Assembly: GCA_020891255.1 (NCBI GenBank) | Contig: BQFW01000003.1 | Location: 1,054,001-1,118,000, forward strand | DNA: 64,000 nt | From: Entomortierella parvispora E1425 | Lineage: Eukaryota; Fungi; Mortierellomycota | Direction of reading: 5' to 3' | Shown: piece by piece, positions 22,898 to 34,763 of the stretch | Position numbering within the stretch: position 1 is the stretch's first letter | How the letters are laid out: each line of letters starts with the position of its first letter | Notes under the pieces: generated by a model | Seen by the model: only the letters and a program-made list of their open reading frames with translations | The model's database searches: none | What the model was told of the DNA's origin: nothing | Program-made: the position numbers and the translations under genes

Positions 22898-25532
22898 CTA
22901 AGCTTCTGGTTGGTGCTGACGATGAGCTACTTTGATGGCCGGAACGTTCTGAGCCTTGGTGGTTTGCTGTACCGGTAAGCTATTTGGAGGGTGCAAAGTC
23001 GAGGCTGCGTCCCCTGCCCTAGCGCTTTTGTTCCCAAACGTACCACGGCGATAGTGCTCATTGCGCTGAGGTCGAGAGTGCTGGTGCTGATCATGTTGCT
23101 GTGGTAGCTGCACCTGAAGGTGGGTTTGATGTGCAAAGTGATGTTCATGAGGTCGACCCTGCGATGTCGAAGACGCGCCTCCTCGATTGCCTCCTCGATA
23201 GCCTCCTCGATAGCCTCCTCGATATCTACCGTAGCGAACCACTGAGAAAGGCCAGGCCTTGACAGGTCTCTTTGCTTCCTGTGATAATTCCTCCTGCCTC
23301 TGCGTCACAGCCCAGGAAATCTGAACGGTATGATTGGTGTTCGGAGGGCTCTTGACAACAGTGCGAACAATGTCCTTTTCCTGCAGTAGGTCCATAAACT
23401 TTGGTGGTGTAGCCGCTTGACCGGATGTAGCCGGCAAGGAACTCTCCTCCGAGACTTTTGGAGCTGAAGAAGACTCCAACTTATCCAGAATAGCAGACGG
23501 GTTGAGGGGCGCTGGCGTTGGGTGAGGTGCAAACCGATGATTGTATCGAACCCTTGTCCATATATACGGCTGCCGAGTACGGTATAGTAGAGACAGCTCT
23601 TTGGCTATGACCGCATCGTGTGCCTGGCCCGAAGTCTCTAAAACTTCTATTAGACCACTAACTCTTGAATCAATGACCATCATCTCTTCATGCGTCAGAT
23701 ATTTCGAGGCACCAGCAACGAGCGCTTCATGGATAGGAGCAATGGTTTTTGGAAGGTACTCGGATCCAGAGCCACTTGGTAGCAACTATATACAATTATT
23801 AACGGTTAAAACCTCAGTGAAAAAAAAGATGATCAATACATAACAACGCATTGTAACTTACGATCAACGCACAAACGAGAGGATTGGCAAAATTTTGGGC
23901 ACTCGTCGTCACTCCAAGCAGCTTTGAGGTTGTTCCAGGCAGCAAGGATTGGTAAGCCTTCGTCTGAGAAATCTCGTCCACCCAGGCAACAATGGCTCTT
24001 CGAGTAGGTCCGTATTGATGTCCGTACACAAACCCAACGTCTGGACATTTTCCAGAGCAATACATTTCCAAATTCCAGAGAATCCCCTCTAGGTACAGTA
24101 GAACAGAAAAGGACTTTTCGCCTCTCCTTGTGGCTCTACTTTCATCTTCATTCTCTTCTTCTTCCTCCTCCTCTTCCTCCTCTGCCTCCTCCTCTGCTTC
24201 ATCAACAAGGTCAGAGGCGTCTTCAGTCTCCTGATCGCCAGTGGTATCCGTCATCTCGGAATCTTCCTGATCATCGACCGACTCCATGTCGCTTTCATTT
24301 TCATAGTCTCGGTTGTCCTTCAGATGTTGCTGTTGTTTCTTCAAAGCTGCCATTGATTCTTTAGTTCGCCTCTGCTCCATCTGTTCAATTTTTGAGGGAA
24401 GCTTGAGACCATCGGCGGGCTTGTATGAGTTCAAAATTAACCGCTTCAAGAAAAATAGGTCGAATGTCTTTCTCTCGGTATCGATTAAAAATGTTTTGTT
24501 CCCGCGTTCCTTGAGAGTGGGGTCCACTAGACGGGTGTATAGGTAAGCTTGCCACAGTCGCTCCAGTCCAGCAGCTATTCCTCGCAGATAATCATTTCCT
24601 CGGAACAAGCAAATGGCGCAAAAATCCAGACGGACTCTGTTGGCTTCGCCCGGGAATGTTTCTTCCAATGACCGCAAGAAGTTGTCAATGGAGACCACGA
24701 CAGTAGGGTTCATAGGTGAATCCTTGCGGACTACAAAGATATTTGGCATTCCAAGCGCTACCGCCTGAAGAACCGCATCCGAGTCCATGCTAAGAATGGC
24801 ACAGGGTCGACCACGGATGTTGCTCGCCTGCTGCACAATGTTTTCAATGATTTTGCTCTAAACATAAAAAATCTCTGTCAATATAATGACTGAAAGTCCA
24901 CGAACGATAGTCATCTGGCAAGTTTTCTCTTTACATACCTCTCCTTCTCCTGGGTTGTTTGAATGGTCAATGACAAACTTCAAATCAGGTGAGATTCCTT
25001 GAGAACGACGCTGTTGAAGATACCGAACGGCATAGTAGTTCAGGTATTGCTCCATACGAGACATGAATGGACACCCAGGGGTGACCTGAAGCGTGCTCAT
25101 CTTTCCAGAGCTCTTTCTTCCCTAACGTGCAAAAGTACGAAGGGTATAAAATACCTAAACATTAGCATCTAAAAGTAATACGCTGCTGGGGATGGAGGTC
25201 AGAACATCCATGCCGTCTCACTAGCAAAAACTTACCGTGGTGGCTCTGCGGGCCTTCTGAGTCAAGAGTTTGGCCATAGGTGCTGGGCCATCGACAGAGA
25301 AATAACATATCCTTCCAGGAACAAACTGGCCCAGCAGCCGATCCAAGATCATGAATAGCTTCTTGACGAACATAGCCTCGTTCTTGGCGGTGCGCATTGC
25401 CGGGTGCAAGATACAGTTGACGTCGATAAAGACCGAGTCAAAGTTGCCGCACTGATTAGTGGGCATGACAGTGACAGCATTCGGAAACTTTTTCTCGAAC
25501 CAGTCAATGAATCGAACTTGCTTCAGACCCAT
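22898..25532 (-). CDS. Compact XRN-family 5'-3' exoribonuclease (XRN_N domain) with C-terminal RGG region
   Basis: FIDVNCILH, SVDGPAPMAKLLTQKARR, VTPGCPFM, PGEGE, SMDSDAVL, LFRGNDYL, YLEGILWNLEMYCSGKCPDVGFVY. Four exons. Confidence 0.85.
23177..23224 (-). repeat. 12-nt tandem repeat encoding (Y/N)RGG x4
   Basis: gcctcctcgat(t/a) repeated four times; protein YRGGYRGGYRGGNRGG. Confidence 0.9.
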
Positions 25533-26186
25533 GGCGTACTGTGTTGCTGAGGATGATGAGGTGGATGGGGGGATGGATGGATGGATGTGCTTGCTGGATG
25601 CATGGAGGCAATACAGAAGGACAGTGATGCGGCCCCTGTCTCTGGGAGTGTTCTTCGCCTTTTGCCTGCGGCAGGCAGGGAGGAGTGACTGTCATGTCTC
25701 CACACGCCTCCCGCACAGCCCCCTGCGCACTCCTGTCGCGTCGTGCTCACCGCTCGTGTGCACAGACTTGTCTGGTTCTCCTCCCACCTCCCGGTGCATT
25801 CCCATGCCCTTCCCTGCGCTGCAGACAATCCAGCAGAATTCGTTATTTTTTTTGTCCTCGTTTGCTCCCGCCTGTTATTACCTTATTACCGTCATCACAA
25901 CTCTTTTTCTGCTCCTTGTCGTTCTGTGCACTCTGTCCCAATCCCGGGTGTCTTCTATCTTAAGTCCCGTGCATTTTTCTCTCGCGTGTCGATGTTTGGG
26001 AATATCTGTATCCAACCGTGGACGTCGCAATTTGTTCCGACTTCGGCCAGATCAGAAAGGCGAGGCCAACGGCAATATAAAAACAGCCCATCGAGGAACC
26101 GGTGATCTCTTTCTCATCTCCATCGTCTCTGACTTTTACCATTTCCCTCCATCTTGTCGTGTTCACAATTACTCGTCCTAGCAACC

Positions 26187-27191
26187 ATGTCACCCCCTCC
26201 GTGCAACCAAGCCCAGCCCTTCGACAACTCTGTCGCTTTCTTGACAGACAAGGATGTACTGGCCAAGGCTACAGGCATGACCATGCCAATGTCAACGGCT
26301 ATTCTCACACCTGTTCTCTGCCATGGACGCGTTCAGAATCCTGAGAATTACGTTCCTAAAGCATGGTGGAAGAATGTCTTTGGCGACAGTTTGTACTTGC
26401 AAACTGATGGCGACGTGGTCGAAGACCCTGCCATTACTTTGGCAGAAATTCGACTCTTGGAAAGCCACGAAGCAATTCGATCCATCTTCCAGGAGACCCC
26501 TGCTGAAAAGACCCGCATCCTCGATCTTTGCTGCGGTCAAGGCCGACATGTACTACAGCTTGCATCCTTGTATCCTCACCTTGAGTTTCATGGCCATGAC
26601 CAATCCGAATATCTGATCAACCTTGCCCAGTCCAGGGCAGTGGAAGCCAATGTATCCGACCGTGCCAGCTTTACGATCGGCGACTGCCGCTCAATTCCTC
26701 ATGTCGACAATTCTTTTAACCTGGTGATGCTCATGGGAAATTCTTTTGGATACTTTGCCACGGATAACGCCAACAAGAATCTCCTCAAGGAGATTCGTCG
26801 TATCCTTCGCCCTGGTGGCCTCGCAGTCCTAGACATTCCTGATGGTGGCTATCTTCGCGAGAACTTTTCGACCCGTGGCTGGGAGTGGATCGATGACAAT
26901 ATGATTGTTTGTAGAGAACGGCAGTTGAGCAAGGACAAGAAGCGACTGATCAGTCGTGAAGTGGTAATCTCAACAACTGGTGGGGTTGTCCGTGACCAGT
27001 TCTACGCCGAATGTCTCTATGATCTAGACGAGGTCCGCCAGCTTGTCCGCGAGTGCGGATTAATTCTCCAGAAACAGGAAGCAAAGGGTGCAGAGAAGAA
27101 CAACACTGGCAAGGACATGAGCAAGCGTGGAGAAGACTTGGGCATGATGGAGCAGCGTCACTTTGTGCTTGTCTCAAAGCCAAGAGAATAG
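26187..27191 (+). CDS. Intronless class I SAM-dependent methyltransferase
   Basis: Motif I ILDLCCGQGRH, post-I GHDQSEYLI, GDCRSIP, FNLVMLMGNSFGYF, RILRPGGLAVLD. Confidence 0.9.
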   Translation: MSPPPCNQAQPFDNSVAFLTDKDVLAKATGMTMPMSTAILTPVLCHGRVQNPENYVPKAWWKNVFGDSLYLQTDGDVVEDPAITLAEIRLLESHEAIRSIFQETPAEKTRILDLCCGQGRHVLQLASLYPHLEFHGHDQSEYLINLAQSRAVEANVSDRASFTIGDCRSIPHVDNSFNLVMLMGNSFGYFATDNANKNLLKEIRRILRPGGLAVLDIPDGGYLRENFSTRGWEWIDDNMIVCRERQLSKDKKRLISREVVISTTGGVVRDQFYAECLYDLDEVRQLVRECGLILQKQEAKGAEKNNTGKDMSKRGEDLGMMEQRHFVLVSKPRE

Positions 27192-27442
27192 GACACAGCG
27201 AATGTGGTTGAAATACGGGGACCCTCATAAATGATATTCCATTTGCAAAGGTTTCAATCACGTGCGCCGGGCCAAGCTTGAAACGGGCTTGATGCATGTG
27301 CATGGTTTTCCATGTCCATCTCTTTGCATCTTTGCATCATCCCCTTGTAGCACTTCATTTATTTATCATCTCTCTTTCATCTTACTCTTCTCTCTGCCCA
27401 TCTCATCCAAATATCTGTACCAGTCACCGACAGCTGCAGCCA

Positions 27443-28468
27443 ATGCAAAAAACTACTCCCAACCGCACTCCCATCTACCGCAACGCTCCATTGAGCAACT
27501 CACCCTCCCTCGCTCCCGCTTCACTGAACAATGCATCGTTAGCCATCGCTGCTGCCACAGGCACTGCAGCTGGTCCCCTTCCCTGGGATACCTTGCGGAA
27601 GGATGTCCGTCAGATTGAGATTGAAATCGAATCCAAGCTCACCGCACTCTCAAAGTTTGCTGTTCGCAATGGACCTAGTGCTGCCTCTGGGGCAGCAGCG
27701 GCCGGAGCAGCTGGGTCAAGCGCTGCACCTTCAGGAACCGGTGAAGAGCTGGAGGTCAATATTGAGGAGCTGTTGGAGAAGGTATATTCGACTGAACAGC
27801 AACCCTTCTGATTATTACTTGTTTTTTTTATTCTAATCTCTGTTCATTGTTGCATAGTTGAACAACTTGGTTGATGCCATGTCCGCACACCTTGATAATC
27901 AGACGCAAACCACCGGTCAGGCACCAATTCAAATGTCCCATCTTTTGCAGAAACATCGTGATATATTGCACGACTACACAAAGGAATACAGGAAGACTCG
28001 CCAGAATGTCAGGGCGGCGAGGGACCATGCACAGCTGCTGAGCTCTGTACGGGACGATATCAGCACGTTCAAGAACGGAGGACCTTCAGGGAGCGGCATG
28101 TCTGCTTCTGACTACCTCTTGAACGAGCGATCCAGGATCGATGGGAGCCATCTTTTGGCTGACAGCGCTCTCGAGTATGTGAACTACCCCCTTTTGCAGA
28201 CGAATGAATTCTTTGGTCGGCTTGGAATCAAAACTGACATTTTTAAATAATATGATCTGATAGGCAAGCATATGCCACTAAGGATGATCTGGATAGACAG
28301 CGCTCGACCTTGCTGAGCGTTAATCAAAGGATCACCAACGTGGCGACTCAATTGCCAAGTGTTGGTCAGTTGATTGGCAAGATTCAATCGAGGAAGAACC
28401 GCGACAATGTGATCCTGTCCTGCGTTATTGGGTCCTGTATTGTTGGTGTTCTTTACTTTGTCGCTTAG
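27443..28468 (+). CDS. GOS1: Golgi Qb-SNARE Gos1/GOSR1
   Basis: WDTLRKDVRQIEIEIESKLTALSK, HLLQKHRDILHDYTKEYRKT, YLLNERSRIDGSH, and the C-terminal TM IQSRKNRDNVILSCVIGSCIVGVLYFVA. Three exons. Confidence 0.93.
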
Positions 28469-28915
28469 AACATCCCATTTCTGATCAGTGTGCTCCTCAT
28501 GCTCATTTTTTTTACCAGCCTCACTTGGTTCACAAAGCTTTTGTTTTGCCCTCTGTAATGTCTCTTATGAACACGCCATCTCCTTTACGTCTTTTAGGCC
28601 CACGCTCTTCCTCCTCTCCTTCTTCCTTGTATCAATAGCTCCATCTCTATATATCCACATCTTTTTTTTTTTTCGCTCACTTCAAATAAAACGAAAAAGC
28701 ACCAAAAAAAAAAAAAAAAAAAAAAAAAAAGATCACGTGCCTGGTCACACTTCAAGTCAAGTTTTCCGCCGTCATCACCATTCATCGCGTTTCTCTCTGC
28801 TGCTCTCTTCTCCATCATCCCCACGCGCCATCTCCCTCTCCTTGTCTGCAGCACCGGGAATCCACCAAGGCCACTCGAAAGAGCACCCTAGAGACAAAAA
28901 AAAAAGTGCAGGGTC

Positions 28916-31900
28916 ATGGACGCAGTCAACTTCACCTCGGCAGCGCGCATCCGTGTTCTGCTGGTGCCTGTCGGCCCCATCAAAAAGGCGACTTTTGAGC
29001 GTCACGTCAAGATGCTCCGCCAGCACAACTCGGTCAAACTCGAGGAAGTCTGGATGGGCCCGCGTACCGAGAACTGTAAGGGCTCCATCGTTCAGCCTGA
29101 TGACTGGATCGCAATGTGCTCCCTTCATTGCAGTAGAATGCCAGGGGACTGTGCTCTGCTGCTTTGCCGTTGCAACCGCTGACTGCTGCTATACTGTTGC
29201 TACTCTTTTTTTATAGCCTTCTTTAGCCAGACGGTACCTCATGAGGGTCAGCTCTACTTCCAGTTTGTGACCTCTTACAGCAACGAACATCAGTATCTGG
29301 AGGAATTTCAGATGCATCGTCGTATCTTTGGAGTACGTTGGTTGTTAGTTGCATTTAGGGCACACACTTGCCTCTAAAGGAAACACCAGCTCACCTTGTC
29401 CATACATTATCGTTCTTAGGTAATAGGTATTATGGACTGTCAGGAATGGCCCGATGGCAATATGGCGGCAGGACACCAGCAGTTTCAGCAGATTCTAGCT
29501 AAGGTAGGTTCTAGGAACGTTGAAAGAGAAGTGGCGCGAACGAGCGAATGCTGACACATTTTTGTTTTATTTTCATTCTCAGTACCCTTCAGCAGTCGCC
29601 AATCAATGCTTTGCCTTTGATCCTTCCGAGAAACACCAGGATGATCGCCGAGGAGGTGGTATTATAATGATCCCTAATGAAGGCAACACATCATCGTACC
29701 TTCTGGTGTTAATCTGCGATCTTGCAAGAACCATCCTGACTGAATTCGAGAATATTGTAAGCTTCAAGAGGAAGTATTGTTGTAATTTGAATCCAAGGAC
29801 CCTTTCTGATCAACGGGTCTTTCCTTTAATAGGCGGCCGCTATTGGAAAGAGACAGGAGATTGACTCGCCAAACCCAGCGATATCAGTGTATTCAGGACA
29901 GAGACCTTATAATGGACCTAGTCCCATTCCCTCCAGCGTCTCATCTATGCCGGACATTGCAGCAAATGGCATCAAGCCACTAACCGCACCTCCCTCCGCC
30001 ATGACGACTTCTGGAACCTCGAACCATTCAAGGTCAATGTCATCGACAGGATTCGCCTCTCCCAACCCCGCCAATAGCTATCTGCAAACTGCTGTCGTCA
30101 CTGACCAGCGTTTACGCAAACGGACCGCCGCAAGAGCTCAAAAGCTTTACGGAGATCTGTACCTGATGGCAGGACGTCTCTCAGATGCTGTTACCAGGTA
30201 CTATTTCTTGGAGTGGACCCTTGATTGAGAGCGAAAGACAGGATGTTCAGAACCCTAACGCGCACTTATCCTCTTCTGCATAGCTATCAGGCAGTGATTG
30301 AGGTCACAAAGTCGAACTCGGACTTTTTGTGGCAAGGAAGTGCAATGGAAGGAATGTACTGCGCTGTTGTTTTGTTGGCATATATCCAGGCCGATCTTTC
30401 TGTAAGTACTGCTCCACTCCAATGTAGTTGACCTTGTGCACCTCTCTCAACAGTCGTTCGCTCTATACCTATAGCAATTCAACCAGCAACAGATGCAGCA
30501 GATAATGTCGTCACCTACCTCGCCTACCACCAGTGAACCGACAAGGATGCAGAGCACCCCAGCAATCAAGCCATTGATCGTCGATATTCCCGAAAAGTTT
30601 CAAACAATATTGAGTTTATACAGCAAGGTGCCCAACAATGCCGCGCCAGCCATCTTGTATGTTGAGGCCTGCATGAAGGTGACAAAATTCATTGCAACAT
30701 GCTTTGTGTGCGGCAATGGCATTCTGGACGACCGTGCGCTGGCTGCGGTTGTGAGCGGGAACATTCTGATGCACATGGATGGATCTGCAAGTGATAGTCC
30801 TCAGCCGATCATGAAGTCTTCGCCTGGTCGTGCTCCCTCGACGTCAGGAGCTTCTGGCCTGTTGAGACGCGCATCTACCCTTAGATCGCGAAGCGGAAGC
30901 ATCACTACTCCTAACTTGGGGGTGACCAGGACTGACATTATGAGCTGGATCTTTAAGACCTGGAGAGGGCGCTTGGATGAGCTTTGGATTATCGATCAGG
31001 TATGTCCAGTTTCTTGAGATTTCAAAGAAGTCCGCACATTTGCGGAATATTGCTGTTGACAACTCGACCTTTGATATTTTTATAGATTCATTTTACAACC
31101 ACGATTGCATCGATCTTGGGCGCTATCCAGTTCAGAAGAAAACAGTCGCTGTATTTGAGATATGCAGTCCGCATGATCGCTCCTCTGCTTCATCAGACTC
31201 GCCTGGCGCAGGCAGCGGCCCAAGCTCACGGATCCACTCCTAAAAAGCCTGTCAGCTCTGACCACGGAGTGCTGGAGTGCCTAACTCAGATTTGCAATGT
31301 TTTTGGAGTTGGAGAAAATTTCACTTCCAATGTTGGAATGTACATGGACCACGGCTGGCCCGAGTTGCAAATTGACGTCCTGTACGAGTGCATTCGAGTA
31401 GCCGAGGCCGTTCCAGGTGCGTGAAAGGGTCAAACTTTTTGCTTTCCACTGGTTAACGAACGACATTTTGGATCTAACACGGGCCTCTTTCGCTGCACTA
31501 GATTACACTGCGATGATGTACTTTACGACAACACTTCTTAGACAGCTCCATGCGTACTTGACTCGGGAGGAGCAAGCTGGATTGTACGCATCACTGCCGC
31601 GAATTTTGGCTGCTTCCAAAAAGTCTGGCTCCACAGATCTCACTGATATTCGTTATTGGACAAATACCTTGGTTGTTGACATTGAAGTTTGCTCGTAAGT
31701 CTAGCTCTATTCGCAAAGAATGGTGCCACGAGTCTTTGTTTAGTATATTCACATATTCTAATTTCGTTTGTATTAGACCATCCGCTCGAAAACTACCCTT
31801 TGCAAGATCCAAGGAAACGTTAAAATCAATCCTTCCAGAAACAAAGCTGGCAGCCAATCCCACCGGAGAAATCGACCCGTTTATTTATAATCCATTCCAC

Positions 31901-34447
31901 CGCAAAGTTAACAGTATAGCGAAACTGGACTTGGTTGCAGATGAGATGGCCTACTTTATTGTGACCCTGACCAACCCACACGGAATTGATTTGGAGATTC
32001 AAGAGATTCGTCTGTCAACTTCAGGAGTTGAGTTTGAGGCTACTCCTACCTCAACCGTCATCCCTGCGCAGACAACAGTCTCTATCAAGGTAGCAGGAGT
32101 TCCTAAAGGACCAGGAGAACTGCAAATCCGAGGATGCTTGGTGCAGATCATGCATTGCGCTGAGCAAGAGTTCTTTGTGGTGGACCCCCGCACTGGCACC
32201 ACTGCTGTTGTTGAAAGTGTGGATGGCAAGAATACTAAAACAGAAGTGGTGCCTCGATGCAAGAAGAGGTGAGTGTGAAAAGCATTGCATTAGAATAGTT
32301 TGCTTCTGGTTACTTACATTTTCTTTCTCATTTTCTGTCATTTTAGAGGATTGGAAAGCTTTTCGGTGAAAAAGAAAGGCGATGCGGAGGCTGAGATCAA
32401 GTTTGCTACCGTCAAGGTTATTCCTCCTCAACCGCTTCTGAAGATCAGCTCAACTTCGGTACAGCATGGTTCTGTCATGTTATTTGAAGGCGAAAAGTAA
32501 GTTTTTATGTCATACCAGGAACCACTTTAGATATATTGATCCTAATCGAAACTAACAAACATGTTAATGCTGCAACAGAACCACTATTCGTTTGACCCTG
32601 GAAAACATTGGATCTATCCCCGTGGACTTTGTGACATTGACGTTCTCTGACTCGACCAGCCAGTTGACTACGATGGGCAATAGCAACAATGGCGTGGACC
32701 TATCTGCAGAAGACGCGTATGAGCTGGAGCTTTTTTTGAAAAAGACGAATGTCTTCTCTTGGAACCGTGAAGTCGAATGCCACATCCCTGTCGGCGGTAC
32801 CAGGGAAATCAAGGTCGACGTTCTTGGAAAACGAGGATGGTAAGCTCTTTTCGATATAGTCTGAGTAGCATGTCGGGATGAAGTCAAACACGACATCTAA
32901 TCATTGGACTTTATGTGACTCTAGTTCGTCTGGAATGATTCAGTTGGACTATGCATACCTTCACAGACCCGCTAATGAGGATGAAGAACTCTCAAAGATC
33001 TTCATTACTCGTCAGCTTTTCTCGCAGGTCTTGATGACAGTCTACAAAACTGTAGAGTGTCTTAACATGGATATCCTCTATCTTCAATCTCATGGAGGAA
33101 TGGACATTCCAACCACTGAACCCAGCACACCTGTGCTCGAACAGAGACCAAATGGTGATAGCGGAACCTTCTCCGGTGGTGAACATACAACTGTCCCACG
33201 TATTGACTTTTCAAACGATGGATTCTTGGCACCACCCGCTGGCGGCGACGACAATGGCGATTCTCCTGAAAATAAGAAGGCGATTCAGATACAGACCAAT
33301 GGTTACAAGGGTCGTCGAGGATCGAGGACAATCAACAAGCGACTCAGCTCCAACTTTGCAAAGGTGGACAAACGCCAGAGTGTTGAACAGCTGCTGTCAA
33401 AGGCTCGTGGGGACGCTGTGCTTCCAGGAGAGCAAATTGAAGCAGCCATTTCGCGCCGTGTGGCTCTTGGAACCAAGAATGAATACTGCCTCTTGACCTT
33501 GGATGTACGCAACGTTTGGTCGGTCCCTGTGGAAGTGGCAATGTTGGTGGATGACTCTGAGGAGGGTGAGGGACTGGATGTCAACAAATTGATCAAGTCG
33601 ACTACCGTGATTCAACCTGGCAACACTCAGCGGATAATTTTACCCATTCGGCGAATGGTCCTTTCGACTGAGCATCTCTCACAACCGATTCCCACTTTGT
33701 CAAACAAGCAGTTTGTAGTGGCCAGAGGTGCCGCGCTGTCTGCTGATGAGCAGGCCTTGGAGCGTGCATTGTTCTGGTTCAGGGAAGAGCTCCTCAAGCG
33801 AGTGGTGGCTCGTTGGACATGCAAGGATACCTCGGGCCGGTTCGGAAAGTTTGACCTGAGGACCTTACGATTGACAAAGCCAATGTTGAACGTGCTCAAG
33901 ATTGAGGACATTTCATTTTTGGTAACCTTGGAACCAACCGCGGCCATGGCCGATGCGGATGAAGAGCAGGGACAACTGGAAGGGCCAGACTCAACAAAGG
34001 GGGGACTGGAGCAGATTGGGTCGAACCGTTGGAGATGCCCTGTAGATCAGTTTGCACAGATCCGATTCATGGTGGTAAACCGGTCCCACATGAATGTCAA
34101 GTTGTGCCTGAGGATGCAGCCTGTCCAAGTGCATGGAGATGGAACTATGGAGTATGATATGGGAACACGTATGGTCTGGCACGGAGTCCTTCAAGCTCCT
34201 CTCGCAAAGGTAATACATACCTTGGCGCCAAAGGATAAAGATATGATTGCTTTTTTGCTTGATTTTAATTCTGACTTTTTTTTATTCTTTTTTGTCTTCC
34301 TAGATGCAACCGGATTCGACTACCAGCCACATCCTGCCCGTCTGCTTTTACAGTCGAGGCGAGTTCAAGGTACTCTACCATGCTGAAGATGTACATCGCC
34401 GCCTGGTCTACTATGACCACGAACCTTTGGTCATTGAGGCCTTTTAG
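28916..34447 (+). CDS. TRS120: TRAPPII subunit Trs120/TRAPPC9 (multi-exon)
   Basis: RIRVLLVPVGPIKKATFERHV, LEEFQMHRRIFG.IGIMDC, RAQKLYGDLYLMAGRLSDA, DFLWQGSAMEG, GWPELQIDVL, DPFIYNPF, VTLTNPHGIDLEIQEIRL, ERALFWFREELLKRV. Confidence 0.92.
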
Positions 34448-34763
34448 GCCTCTACGGGAAAGAAATATACAGTGCAAAATAAAATATAAAAAAATGTTGC
34501 CATATAAACCGGGTCGTCCAAGATGTACCCAAATCATCGTCAAATAACTGCCTAACGGTGGCTTCCACTCTGTCGCGTATAGTGCATGCGCCATTGTCAA
34601 TGATCCATGCTTGACAGAGAGGTCTATTCATTTTTTTTATTTTATTATTTTTATTTTTTCCTTTCGTTGAACATCTGTGCCAGCATATTTGAGAAAGAGG
34701 AAGGGACCTCAAGGAAACAGGGGGGGGGGGGGGTAAAGACGATGCGTTGAGGAGAGCGGATTT

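Noticed and set aside
11512-26187. Secondary-metabolite gene cluster
   Set aside because: No NRPS, PKS or terpene synthase core; the accessory enzymes are interspersed with housekeeping genes.
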